A stretch of 64,000 bases of DNA, from NCBI GenBank assembly GCA_010015805.1, contig ML978127.1, positions 1,302,001 to 1,366,000 on the forward strand, read 5' to 3'. The notes beneath the pieces were generated by a model. That model saw nothing but the letters and a program-made list of their open reading frames with translations, did not search any database and was not told where the DNA came from. Source of the stretch: Rhizodiscina lignyota. Taxonomy: Eukaryota. Positions 11,512 through 23,516 of the stretch are shown in pieces (within the stretch, counting starts at the first letter, position 1; every line of letters begins with the position of its first letter). A program made the translations under genes and the position numbers.

Positions 11512-14500
11512 TTTTGGAAGAGCTTGGCACTCCTGGAGCGGGTACCTGCGTCAGCCACGAGGACATTCTGGAGTTCGGCAAGCCTTACCGATCGATGGTT
11601 GTTCTGGATACAGGCCTTCGCCGGTTATGATTGGCTACCGTTGTAGACCCTATGCATTGATCAGCCCTGCCGTTTGATGAACCACCCTGTAGGGCAGGCC
11701 TTACTCGACGACAATGACAGTTGGTACACAAGTGTTGTACTGATGTACAATGTGTATACCAAATGAAAGAGGAAGCTTGGATGAGGGAAGAGAGAGCAAG
11801 AGGTCTGCCTTTGTGGAGACAAGAGTTTGATGTTTGGAAATGAAAACTTGTGGTCGATGCTGTCCTGGAAATCTCTTCCATCAGCGCCATCTACGGCGGT
11901 ATTTATGCTCGAAAGGCTGGCGCTTCGTGCCGCTATCGTCTGGTCACCTCACTTCCATTTCTGGCTCAACACGGACGTCGTCGTCGGCCCACCATACCGG
12001 CATACTCAGACATGCAACCTGATAGCCAACAAAACCTCCTCGATCCATCAATCCATGGCGTCTCCACGGCGAAAATGTCGCACGCGCTATCTGCAATGGC
12101 ACCTTAGGCCGTCTCCGGCGCTCACTACTGCAAAGACATTTCACATCCGCATAGGATCACCGCCATCCAGCGGTTCTAGCCGTGGCCTTTGGTCCTGTGG
12201 GGCCGACTCGCCTCCCCTCACTATCCATGTCGAAGATTGCTAATCGCCTGACTCTTGTGGTTTCGTGTCCGGCCGATGCTTTTTGTTCGAATCGCTGAGG
12301 GCTCTCGCAGCCGGAGTTGAAGAGAGGTCGGGAGTACGCATATCAGTCACATGACTACGTGCGCCCACTGAAGCGAGACGTTTCCCGCTATTCGTTGGCG
12401 AGTTCAGACCTTCTTATTGGGTACCGTCAATAGCTAGGTTTCTCATATTGTTGACAACAAACGTTTTGCCGTTCGGCACCAACGCCGTCCGATGTCGTTT
12501 CATGCCAATCTCCTAAAGCTCCCCTCATTTGTCAGTCTTCGCAGAGCCTCATTTTCAGCGCTTTTCTCAATCCCTTTTGCTAATTGAACACCTTCCAGCG
12601 TTGTACTCGATCCCTCAGCCGAATCAACTTACAACGACTTGCCAATCCACGGCGCCAAGCCGTCTCGCGAATCCCGATGAAGTCTGATCCCAGCTGATGA
12701 GCATAGGTATCGCCAACACGAGTGGAACGATACTCCCTGGTTGGCCTTACCTCATCTGCCTCGATGCCTGATACTCCGCCCTAAGCCGTGGCCACTCCCT
12801 TCTCCCTGTATCTGCATGGTCCGAGCCGAAACTAACCAGTCACCTTATCTATCCCGTCTGCAAGGCCAACTAGATGTAACTCCACTTGGTCATAGGATGG
12901 TGCCGTTCTCCACCATTGGGCGCTGCCATGCATGAAACGAGCGGGCCGCTGGGGGCAAATTTTCTCACCTGATTGACATCCCGTCTGCTCGGTCCATTCT
13001 TCCCGTAATTGCAACCTCTTGCATGTTCTAGTCAATGCGGGCTGACAGTGTCTGGCCTCGATAACAAATAGTGCTGGGTCTTATGCATCGAATCCCTCGA
13101 GGCCGCGGATCTGTGCAATCATCTAGGGTGGATGATACACTAGGCTCACCGGATCACACCCTATCGGAGATCCTCTGACGTGGCGAGCGCGGTATGGTTG
13201 ATCTGTGACGAAGCACCTTTGCGGGGTTTCATCAAATTTTCGCGTGGAATTGGCATACAGAAGCTGTTGGGCCGTCTACGACTTTCACAGCCCCCCTGAC
13301 TCGCCCGGCATGTTTCGGCGTCTACGAGCAATTGGGCTTCGCAATCCGCTTTATTCTGATGTGATCAGAAGCGCTGTAGGCTTTCCTGACCGGTCACACT
13401 GGATCCTGGAGCTTCCATCGCTTGACAAACGTGGAGTGGCATAAAGATTGGCATCATGGTGGCGAGTTCTACATGCATCCTTCATGCGCATAGCCGTGCC
13501 ATGCTGTCATACCTCCGGAAGCACCAAGTAAGGCAAGTACAGATACGTTTGCCTGCTTCAACCATGTCAATGTCTCTTTTCTTGCAAGCGCAATTGCTTT
13601 TAAGACGTGGTTCGTCGGAAATTGGGGTGGTTGGTTGAGGCCCGACGTTGTCGATGAGCGCAGCATCGCCTCTGCGACGCCTGCATAATAAGCAGGCCCT
13701 CCCCCAACTTGGACTAGGGTTTTTGTAAACAAAACATCAATCCCACAGGTGGAGCACAGATCCCCCGCCTCTCCAGGACAATTGCTTCGTGTACAAGGTT
13801 CACATTTGGCCTCAATGTGCTTTTTTGCCGCGTGTAATACGCAAATGTTGCCCGCTGGATATTTGCGGCCACGAGCGTGGCCTTGAGTCGACGTCAAATT
13901 TGCCTACCTGCAAGCGCGCCTGGCCCTGGTAGTCAATTCAATCATGTGAATGTTAGGCGATGTGAGCTGGTGAGCGGGAGTGAGCGTAGGCCCCAGCTGT
14001 CACTCTCCCGCGATGGGCGGGTACATGGAGTTTTGAGGGCGTGAGCGGGAGCGAGGGTAAATGGGACTACCGCTCTCAGCATGAAGACCATCTGCCTTGC
14101 CTGAGCCGATCTTCTGTTTGGTCCTTCGGCCTTATTCATGCTGATAGGTGCGCGGGATAATAGCCAATGGCAGGAGGGTTGGGCTGCAGAAGCGGGGATG
14201 AGTTTCGGGCAGCGCAACGGAGTAGGAAGGGGTATCCATGCTGAGCTTGCCCTGTTTGCTTACGCCTGATTGGTCAATCGCTGCCAATTGTGTCCGCAGT
14301 TCTGCTGCATGGCTGAAGCTCTAAGTATTAGCATGTGGTAGTACCCATTTGCTGGGACACAGCATCGATGATCCGGCGGCCGATACCAGAGAACATCATG
14401 GTCTCAAGGGAAGATAGCCAAAGGTGAAGGGAATAAAAAGTCAATTTTGGCAGCGACTAACAGCCAGATATTCTGACAGCTGTAAAGATAAGCTGGCCAG

Positions 14501-15841
14501 AGTGAGGGCCGCTAGTAGGCTTCTGGCCATTTCTGACCATTATTCCTCTTCGGCATCCTCAACCCGCTTCGTGCAAGATATCGTCAAGTAAAAGAAAAAG
14601 AAAATCCCACGCCTGCGAGCTAGGGCGAGTCCGTGGTCTCCCGCAGCCTCACTCTAAGCCCCACCGGTGCGACCTCTCCGCTAAGATGCACAGTGCCTCC
14701 AACTACTCACCGGGATCTGTGAGCAGCCAGGAGCGAGACTGGCCTCCTGTGGCTCTCAAGGACATCCGCTTCTGCCGCCTTTCCTGGGCAGTGGCAAGGG
14801 CCTGTACGCTGACTCGAGGGAAATGTTGGCAAATGTTCACGTATCATCTTCTTAATGTCAAACATGACGAACCATCCCTTGTCTGGATGTACCAGAGACA
14901 GGGCACTGTCAACCTCTTTCTCATCTCTTTTGCTTCTCGCAAGAGTGCCAGAGCCATGCGTAGCTCCGAGAGGCAGCGTCGCCGAGATAAAAGCGGTGAG
15001 CGGAGTATAGGGCGTCGTTCAGGTCATGGCCACGAGGACACGTAGGGACTGAAAGAATGCCGACGAGGATCGGAGAGAAGTTGAAGCTACCACTTAGCAC
15101 GCAATAACCGGACGCCATGCCGAACCGAGGTCGGACGCGGTCCGTAAAATCACATTTGAACAATGCTGAATTGAGCGAGGGTATTATTGTCACCGAATTG
15201 TAGCGCAACGAACGGCGGTCGATGAGCAGACGTCCCAGCTCTCATACATCCACAGGAAAGATATCGCCATGAACTTAATGGCAGACAAAAGATTCGAGAG
15301 AAAGTTGATGCAGACTTTTGACGCGTCTCGCGAGCTGCGGGAGTGGCAAACCTTCCGATTCGCCTGCGACTCCTATATGTTCTCTGAAATATCAAATGAA
15401 TGAAATGTTTCGCCGTCCACAATTACCATTGGACGTCGTTCGTCAAATTCGGGCGAATTACCGGGCCGCAGCAGCACTATTTACTCACGTGATCAGGCAC
15501 GTGCAATAAAAGTGGGACCTCGAAAATTTCCATCTCATTTCGGGCATGAGGTCCATCCAGACCACGACGCTCCTTGGAGTCGATTATGTGTATGTTTGCT
15601 TCCATGTTCAATACATGCCTTGCTCCCATAATGACGTTATAAATCCCCAGGCTCTCTGGACAGTCTGCATACGAAGTAGGAGTTCAGCTGTCATCAAAAC
15701 ATCGCGCAGGTTTCATGCAGCTCAAGGAGGCTGTGTCGTGCAGCCACAGCCACGGTAGGTTATTCATTGAACATATGGTGCGATGCTTTCCTAGATGTCT
15801 TTTACTTTCAAAAATTTGTCAAGATCTGAAGTGTCGACTCT

Positions 15842-17863
15842 ATGGACTATCGCTCCAGATTATACAACAAACCGCGTTGCGTCAATCGGGACTGGTTGCG
15901 GGCGGAGAAGACTCTTGGTCGGTCTCAGAATACGTTGCCGTCATTTAAACAATCACCAACGCGATGGGATAGCCGTTCGCGAGTCTCGAAATCACGACAA
16001 TGGAGCAGCAGGCGCAGCGTTCTCGAAGAGAAGGATCCTCTTAGGTGTTCTTCCACTCAAAACCGCAACTCCGACCCCATTATTGAGGTTGCTCGCAATC
16101 CCGACCTTAGTTGGCATGGAATCGACCTATCACACTCCTATCATATGCTCAAAACGTGCTGGCATACACACACGAGATGCGCAAAGACTTACCTTAATGC
16201 ACCAGGAAGCCATAACGACGAAATACTTCTCTTAGACGTCCACGACTTATGTCTCGTCCAAAACCGTCTGAGTTGCTCATATCTTACTCTCAGTTATGTA
16301 TGGGGTGGGACGGCACAATTTGAGACGACACGCGAAAACTTCATCGACTTGCAACGGCCTGGCGCAATCGCTGAACACTTTGATCTGATCCCACAGGTCA
16401 TCAAGGACGGCATAGAGGTGACAAGACTACTCGGCGAGAGATTTCTTTGGGTCGACCGTTTGTCAATTATTCAGGATGACTCTCAATCGAAGCACGATCA
16501 TATCCAGCGGATGGGGCGAATATATCACGGCTGTTTGCTCACTATTGTTGCGCTCGGCGGAAACAAAGCAAGCGATTCGCTGAACTGTTCATCCGAGCAA
16601 TCCAGACCTTTTGTTGACCAGGAAAACATTTCAAGTATTCCGGCATACACGACTTCTCTTCAAATGCGTGTTCTCGGTTCTGCCCATAATGAGCGAGCAT
16701 GGACATTTCAAGAAAGGCTCCTTTCACCTCGTTGCTTGTTCTTTCATGGCAAGGAGCAGAGTCCTTTCTTCGTATGTCGACAAGACTTTGCGTACGACAT
16801 GCCTGGTAAACTCCATAATGGCGACAAGACCATTGATCGGGTCGTTGTGCATAAGGCACATGTTCTCAATCCTCTCGCATCCTACTTTGATAGCTCCAGG
16901 ATGATAACGGATGAGAAACAGCGTCGATTTGAAGCGTTCTCACGATACGATCAACTCGTCAGCGGATACACATCACGGAAACTTTCCTTTTCTTCCGACA
17001 TCCTAAATGCCTTTGTTGGGATCTTGGAAATTCTTGCATATAACCGAAGCTGGGATTATATTATGGGTCTGCCAGTACCTGTGTTATCCTTAGCCCTGCT
17101 ATGGACTCCGTCAAAGTTCACACGTCGTCGCTCAGCAAGGTCCTTTCCTTCATGGTCATGGGTCGGATGGGAGGGACATGTGGATTACCGGCCGCTCCGC
17201 GCTTACGACCTTGCGCAAGACCTGAGATCCACTATCAGGAGCTTTACCTACTACGATGGAAACCTGGATACCATCCGTCGTATTCACTGTGCCGTCCAAC
17301 CACACACCAGACAACATTTAAACCCCTCTCCTACAATGCTTGGGAAACGGACAGTCGACGAATGCTGCATTACGAAGACGCAACTGTTGCAATCCATTCA
17401 GCGACAAAGTCTCAAGGACATTTTGATATTCTCGACCAAATGTGTTTCAGTGTCCGCATTTTCCTACATCAATGGGCCTACTTACACTCAAGACAACTTG
17501 ATATCTTGCCCCAATGACAGACCAGTGCTTCAAATAATGACCTCAAACCGGCACTACTGCGGACTCCTGTATGGTATCAATCTTCAAGGCGACTACTTTG
17601 TGATGGACGAATGCTTCGTACCTCCAAGTGAATGCAGTTTCGTGCTCATGTCGGACTTGTATGGGATGAGGGTCTATGAAGATGAACAGAGTTCCACAGG
17701 AGGCATTGATGAAGCTTACTTTCCTCACGGGCCCTGGTGTGTCCTCAATGTCCTCCTAGTACAGCGGAAGGATAGATTCATGGAAAGGGTCGCCTTTGGC
17801 CAAATTCATGCAGCTGCCTGGGCTGAGGCAGGGCCCAGAGAGAAGAGGATAATGATGTGCTGA
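15842..17863 (+). CDS. Heterokaryon-incompatibility (HET domain, PF06985-type) protein
   Basis: C..H..C upstream motif, YLTLSYVWG, P.VIKDGI.V...LGERFLWVDRLSIIQDD, IQRMGRIY...LLTIVA, RAWTFQERLLSPR, Y..R.L....DILNAF.G, FPSWSWVGW. The true start codon is uncertain. Confidence 0.92.
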   Translation: MDYRSRLYNKPRCVNRDWLRAEKTLGRSQNTLPSFKQSPTRWDSRSRVSKSRQWSSRRSVLEEKDPLRCSSTQNRNSDPIIEVARNPDLSWHGIDLSHSYHMLKTCWHTHTRCAKTYLNAPGSHNDEILLLDVHDLCLVQNRLSCSYLTLSYVWGGTAQFETTRENFIDLQRPGAIAEHFDLIPQVIKDGIEVTRLLGERFLWVDRLSIIQDDSQSKHDHIQRMGRIYHGCLLTIVALGGNKASDSLNCSSEQSRPFVDQENISSIPAYTTSLQMRVLGSAHNERAWTFQERLLSPRCLFFHGKEQSPFFVCRQDFAYDMPGKLHNGDKTIDRVVVHKAHVLNPLASYFDSSRMITDEKQRRFEAFSRYDQLVSGYTSRKLSFSSDILNAFVGILEILAYNRSWDYIMGLPVPVLSLALLWTPSKFTRRRSARSFPSWSWVGWEGHVDYRPLRAYDLAQDLRSTIRSFTYYDGNLDTIRRIHCAVQPHTRQHLNPSPTMLGKRTVDECCITKTQLLQSIQRQSLKDILIFSTKCVSVSAFSYINGPTYTQDNLISCPNDRPVLQIMTSNRHYCGLLYGINLQGDYFVMDECFVPPSECSFVLMSDLYGMRVYEDEQSSTGGIDEAYFPHGPWCVLNVLLVQRKDRFMERVAFGQIHAAAWAEAGPREKRIMMC

Positions 17864-19442
17864 AGAGAATTGGAATTATTGATTGCCCTCGGTGGCGTCG
17901 AGCCACACTTTTTGAGCTGTTGAATTGTACGAAGTTACGCCGAATATGTAGTAACTCTGGATCGGACATGTTCAAGCTTTTACATGCGAAGCTCATCCTT
18001 GCTCTGCTGAGCAGTACTGGTGCGCGAGCTGGCGACCTTGCGGTGTCCAAATGGGCTTCTCCTGAGCAGTGCTTAAAGTGGAACCACATTATGTTAATCA
18101 TGGTTCAACGGGATGGCGATGAACTCTTGAGCTGCAGGATTACTTTGGCGTTCACGAAAGGCAAAAAGTAAGCACCCCATCGATACCAAGCAGAGCTCCG
18201 CTAAGATCCACATCCGCAGAGACGATGGTACAACAGCAGAAGTCCATACAATTGACCAGACACCCATCGAATTTAGTACCAACTGCGTGGTCAGGTGGCT
18301 CCTGATCCAAGCCTTTCGCACAAAGGCCGTTATGCATGAGTTAATCCCTTCACTGGTTTCCGATATGCGAGGCAGGAAGGACGAGCCCAGTCCAGAGCAG
18401 AGATGTCTACAGTGGAAGACCCCAGAGGCCCCAGTTCCGAGGCAAGAAAAGAAAGGCAACACCCGCGGCTTGGAGATGAGCAAGCCGGCGGGAACAGATC
18501 GTGTCTTGGGTGCATTTAGAAAGGCTGCACAAGCTAACGACATGGACCCAAAACTGTTCGTCACACGTGATATTCGGCGAGGCGCGGCACTGGGCGAGGC
18601 ATACGCCGAAGAACCACGCGAAGGCGTCTCTACAGAAGCGGCGGCACGTCTGCTGGACCATAGTGGGAACAGTGGGGACATGACAAGGAAGTACTGCATT
18701 GGGGGCTCCCGTAAAGATACGTTCAACTCGAGGTTAAAGCGGAAAAGAGTTATTGATGAATTTGGCTGGAGGAGAAGTCGAAGCCGACCGAGACGCCGCT
18801 GGCAAATGGGGCTATTAACACAACTTTGAGCAACTCGCGCTCAAGCAACCCGGCCTTGATCGAACCGACCTTGATCGAACCGACCTTGATCGACCCGGCC
18901 TTGATCGATGCGGCAACAGCTGATGCAACTTTGACTGACGAAGCGCCGGCGAACGACGAGAGCGAAATACTACCAGAGGAGTGGAGTGGCATCACAGGCA
19001 CACTTGACGCCCTTGCAGAAGACACCGCAATCTTCTCTGCTGACCTCACCACGTTTTGCACGTATTTCATAGAGATTGCGAATACCGAATTTCACGGGTA
19101 CCCACCGGCCTGACGAGGCACCTCAGGAAGGAGCATGGAATACCTGATATTGCGATGACCGAAAGCCAGACTGCTTTAGCGAACGAGATCACTATATTTG
19201 TTCTGGGCGATGGACTCACTCTCGGCTGGTGGAAACGGTGTCCCGCGCCCATTCCGATGCGATGAGCCAGGATGTGAAAAGAGCTACACCACCAAGTCTA
19301 ATTTGACGGAGCACCACCTCAAAGTTCATGGCGTAAACGATGTCCCACGCCGATTTCGATGCGACGTCAGCGGTTGTAAAAGGAGTACAAAAAGATCCAC
19401 TTCTTGTGGAAGCACCAGAGGGAAAAGCATGGCTTCGAATAA
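17857..19442 (+). pseudogene. Degraded tyrosine-recombinase (Crypton/DUF3435-like) gene with C-terminal C2H2 zinc fingers
   Basis: Intron 18168-18219 joins two ORFs in frame. Motifs in order: TGARAGDL (R, 18025), FTKG (K, 18157), RDIRRGAA (18566-18589), LLDH (H, 18659), TRKY (Y, 18692). Frameshifts near 18765, about 19100-19240 and about 19380. Fingers are CDEPGC..HHLKVH and CDVSGC/KEY..HQREKH. The N-terminus is missing. Confidence 0.75.
18856..18908 (+). repeat. 15-bp tandem repeat (TTGATCGAACCGACC, about 3.5 copies) encoding LIEPT/LIDPA
   Basis: TTGATCGA occurs at 18856, 18871, 18886 and 18901. Confidence 0.95.
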
Positions 19443-19723
19443 ATCTCATGGGTATAGATGGGATTTCGGCCATTGCTGGAGCAGCTACATAATGAGGAAG
19501 TACACATTGACATACAGAAGGCGAGGCAGCCTTATGCGCCGGCATGATGTTTTACATTTAGAGATTTCGTGTTGCTAGAGTGAGTTTAAATATACGAATT
19601 TAATAGTTCTTACTTAGAGCTTTTGGATTACGTAGATATACAGCGGAATATATATTCTGTACGTCAGGGAATTTTAAACTCTTGGTGTAAAATGCTATAT
19701 ATTACAGACCTTAACATAATCGT

Positions 19724-19750
19724 CCCCCCCCCCCCCCCCCCCCCCCCCCC
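19724..19750. repeat. Poly-C homopolymer (27 nt)
   Basis: Directly visible. Confidence 0.97.
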
Positions 19751-20091
19751 GGTTCGCTAAGTAAGCATCGTTGTGGCGGAATTATCTTCGAAGGGTCGGA
19801 TCACGTTAGCGCACTCCACTTTTTTTTGGCCCACGTTTTTCAGGATTGGATTTTATCTTATCCTCCCTCTGGCCCCTCAGGCGCGCTTTTCACCTTCTTC
19901 CTACGACTTTTCCTTTCGTTTGGGTACTCTCCACTCATCTTGCATAGACTTGTTTCATTAGAAGATTTACAAACGGTGTCCGGCCGTTGAAGGACACTTC
20001 GCTGTGCTTCGCAGCTGCCCAACCCTTTCAGGCGCCACACACTCATTCCATCCTTCAACCACACTTCTTTCCCCCATCTGTTCCTCTGAGA

Positions 20092-23000
20092 ATGCCACAT
20101 ATCGACTCACCTCCGATGGCATCTGTTGTTGCGATCAAGTCCGGTCCCGCGTCCGCCCCAGCGCCAGCACAAGAAGATGTTAAGGCGATTCTCTCGCTAA
20201 TCCTCACGACGGAGAAGGCCCAGGACTCGTTAGACGCATCATACAACATCACACAACTTCTACTGGATTCAGTAGGGTATCGAGGATTCAAACAATATGG
20301 GGTGTTCGAACCAATACGTAAGGCTGCAGCGGACAAGAAGAGTGGTGCAAAACGCGAAGGTGCCATGTTCGCGCTTGGTGCATTCTTCGAGCGTTTCCCA
20401 CCGAAGCAGCCGATCAGCGAAGTTGTGTTTATGGTACAAGAAGAAGGACTCGTTGGGATAGCACTGGACGCATTGTCGGATAAGGGCTCGTCTGTACGAG
20501 ACTCTGCGCAATACGCCCTGAATTCATTGTTCGACAATCTCAAGCCAGAGGCGCTCGTCTTTGGGCTCCTGCCAGCCCTGATGGCTTATTTGAAGAAGGG
20601 CACAGGCAAGTGGCAGGGTGCTGTCGGCGCATATGCGCTTATCGCCAAAATGGCAGACAAGGCAAAGTTGGGCAATGGCACCAGAGAGGAGGAGCATTTC
20701 AAGGATGTGCTGCGTGAGGCGATGGGAAAGCGATTGGAGGGTCTGATCCCAATCGTGGAGAGTGGCATGCACGACCTGAAGGCCGAAGTTACAAAACAGG
20801 CGATCAAGACGATGAACTCTGTTACAAACCTACTTCAGAACGACGACGTGGCTCCGCGGATACCTCTGCTTATCAAGTACATGGAGAAGCCTTCTACAGA
20901 AAGTTTGCAGAAGGCTATCCATGCCCTTTCGCAAACGACTTTTGTCGCCGTCGTCACCTCTCCTGTCCTCGCACTCCTCACACCACCTCTCGAACGATCG
21001 CTTAATACACCGACGACTTCACAAGAAGTCCTTCGACAGACTGTCGTGGTCGTAGAGAACCTCACAAAACTTGTACACGATCCCGTTGAAGCGCGAACCT
21101 TCCTACCGAAACTCAAACCTGGTGTTAAGGCTGTGATGGAGCGGGCATCACTTCCTGAAGTCCGAGAGATAGCAACTCGAGCATACAATGTGCTGAACAA
21201 GGCAATGGGTGAAGATACAAACGGAGAAACGAATGCAGCGATTGCACGCACAACGCCAGAAGACGTGCTGGCTGTTTTGGAGAAAAATCTCAAGCTTGAT
21301 GCTGGTACGGCAAAGGCTCCGGAGACTAGCCTTACCAAGACATACATCAGCCAAATGGTTGCGGAGGATGTCAACCAGAGACAGCTGGAAAGAATCAAAC
21401 TCTGCGTTACTCCATATCTCAAATCTTTGGTCCCGGAGGCTACTGCGATCGAGATTGGAGATGCTATGCATCAGCATTTCGTCGAAGAGGACAATCGCAA
21501 GTTCGGTGCGCCTATTAAAGAAGATGATGGAGAAGTCGAAATTGTCAATGCGACTTTCTCCCTCGGCTACGGAGGAATGCTATTGCTTTCCCACACCAAT
21601 CTCAGACTCCTGAAAGGACACAGATATGGGCTCTGTGGTCGTAATGGAGCCGGAAAATCCACGCTCATGCGAAGTATCTCTGAGAATAAGCTTGAAGGGT
21701 TTCCGCCGCCAGAGGAAGTCAAAACTTGTTTCGTGGAGCACAACCAAGGCGAAGATGCCGATCTCAGTATTCTGGAATACATTTCCAAAGATCCCAGGTT
21801 CGCATCCGAAAGTACCGAACGTGTCTCATCTGTTCTCGAGGAAGTCGGCTTCACGTCTGGTCCAGAGGGTCGCCAATCTCACAAAGTCGGCTCGTTGTCC
21901 GGTGGATGGAAGATGAAGCTTGCGCTTGCTCGAGCGATGTTGATGCGCGCCGATGTGCTCCTTCTGGACGAACCTACTAACCATCTCGATGTCGGAAATG
22001 TTAAATGGCTGCAGGAGTATCTCAAGAAGCACACGGAAATCACAAGTCTGATCGTCAGTCACGATTCCGGCTTTCTTGATGATGTCTGCACCGACATCTA
22101 CCACTACGAGCAGAAGAAGCTTGTTCTCTACAGAGGCAACTTGGCTGCTTTGGTCAAAGTCAAACCTGAAGCCAAGACTTATTACACGCTTTCGGCATCA
22201 AACGTACAGTTTAAATTCCCGCCGCCAGGTATCTTGACCGGCGTGAAGTCCAACACCAGAGCGATTTTGAGAATGACCAATTGCACTTTCACATATCCAA
22301 AGGCCAGTAAACCGTCACTGTACGACGTCACTTGCGCTCTCACCCTGTCTTCGCGAGTGGCCATCATCGGCGCTAATGGTGCCGGCAAATCCACTCTCAT
22401 CAAAATCTTGACGGGCGAAGTGGTTCCGCAGGAAGGCAAAGTGGAGAAGCACCCTAATCTTCGAATTGGATATATCAAACAGCACGCTCTCGAGCACGTC
22501 GAGATGCACATGGAGAAGACCCCGAATCAATATCTGCAGTGGCGTTACGCAAACGGCGACGATCGGGAAGTGTTGATGAAGCAGACTCGTGTGTTGACCG
22601 ACGAAGATAAGGCTCAAATGGAGAAGAAAATTGATCTTAAAGATGGAAAGGGCGCAAGACAGATCGAGGCGCTCATTGGACGGCAGAAATGGAAGAAGAG
22701 CTTTCAGTACGAAGTCAAGTGGATTGGGTGGCTGCCTAAGTTCAACAGTCAAATCTCGCGCGAGACTCTGTTGGAGCTCGGATTCCAGAAGCTGGTGCAA
22801 GAGTTTGACGACCACGAGGCTTCCCGTGAAGGTTTGGGTTATCGCATCCTGGAGCCAAAGGTCATCTCGAAGCATTTTGAAGACATGGGTATGGATCCTG
22901 AGATTGCGAATCACAATCAGATCTCTGGCTTGTCTGGTGGTCAAAAGGTCAAGGTCGTTATTGCAGGGTGAGTTTCGCTCCTCTCTTTTCGCTCGATTCG

Positions 23001-23516
23001 ACGTCATCCCGGACATTAACAGGCTGACTTCGTTACAGTGCAATGTGGAACAACCCACAAATTCTCGTCCTGGACGAACCTACCAACTTCTTGGATAGAG
23101 ACTCGATGGGTGGCCTTGCTGCCGCAATTCGTGACTTCAAGGGTGGCGTCGTCATGATTTCCCACAACGAAGAGTTTGTCGGCGCACTGTGTCCGGAGCA
23201 ATGGCATGTTGCAGACGGCCGCCTAACGCACAAGGGTCATCTTGCTGTTTCTTTCGACCGTTTCGAGGACAGTAGCCGCGGCCCAAGCACACAAGCGTCT
23301 TCTGTCGTGTCAAGTGCTGTGAACAGCGCCAGCGCCAGCGCGGTCAACTCGGAAGCTGAACAGGGAGAGATGAAGTTCAAATCGAGAAAGAAGAAGAAGT
23401 TGACGAGAGCACAGTTGAAAGAGAGGGAGGTGAGAAGGAGGTTGAGGCATATTGAGTGGTTGAACTCGCCAAAGGGCACGCCGAAACCTGCAGATACGGA
23501 TGATGAGGCTACCTAA
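20092..23516 (+). CDS. NEW1: eEF3-family ABC-F ATPase New1/Elf1 (HEAT repeats, two ABC cassettes, chromo insertion)
   Basis: GRNGAGKST, LSGGWKMK and LLLDEPTNHLD in the first cassette. GANGAGKST, chromo-like IEALIGRQKWKKSFQYEVKW and LSGGQKVK in the second. Intron 22968-23038. The C-terminal tail KKLTRAQLKEREVRRRLRHIEWL.SPKGTPKP is New1/Elf1-type rather than eEF3-type. Confidence 0.9.

Noticed and set aside
10987..11646. 219-aa + strand ORF
   Set aside because: Antisense shadow of the minus-strand gene 11134-11511; no motifs.
15795..16235. 146-aa ORF overlapping the HET 5' region in another frame
   Set aside because: The HET-associated C..H..C motif is in the 15842 frame and there is no support for a separate gene, though the HET start remains uncertain.
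22315..23058. 247-aa minus-strand ORF
   Set aside because: Antisense to NEW1.
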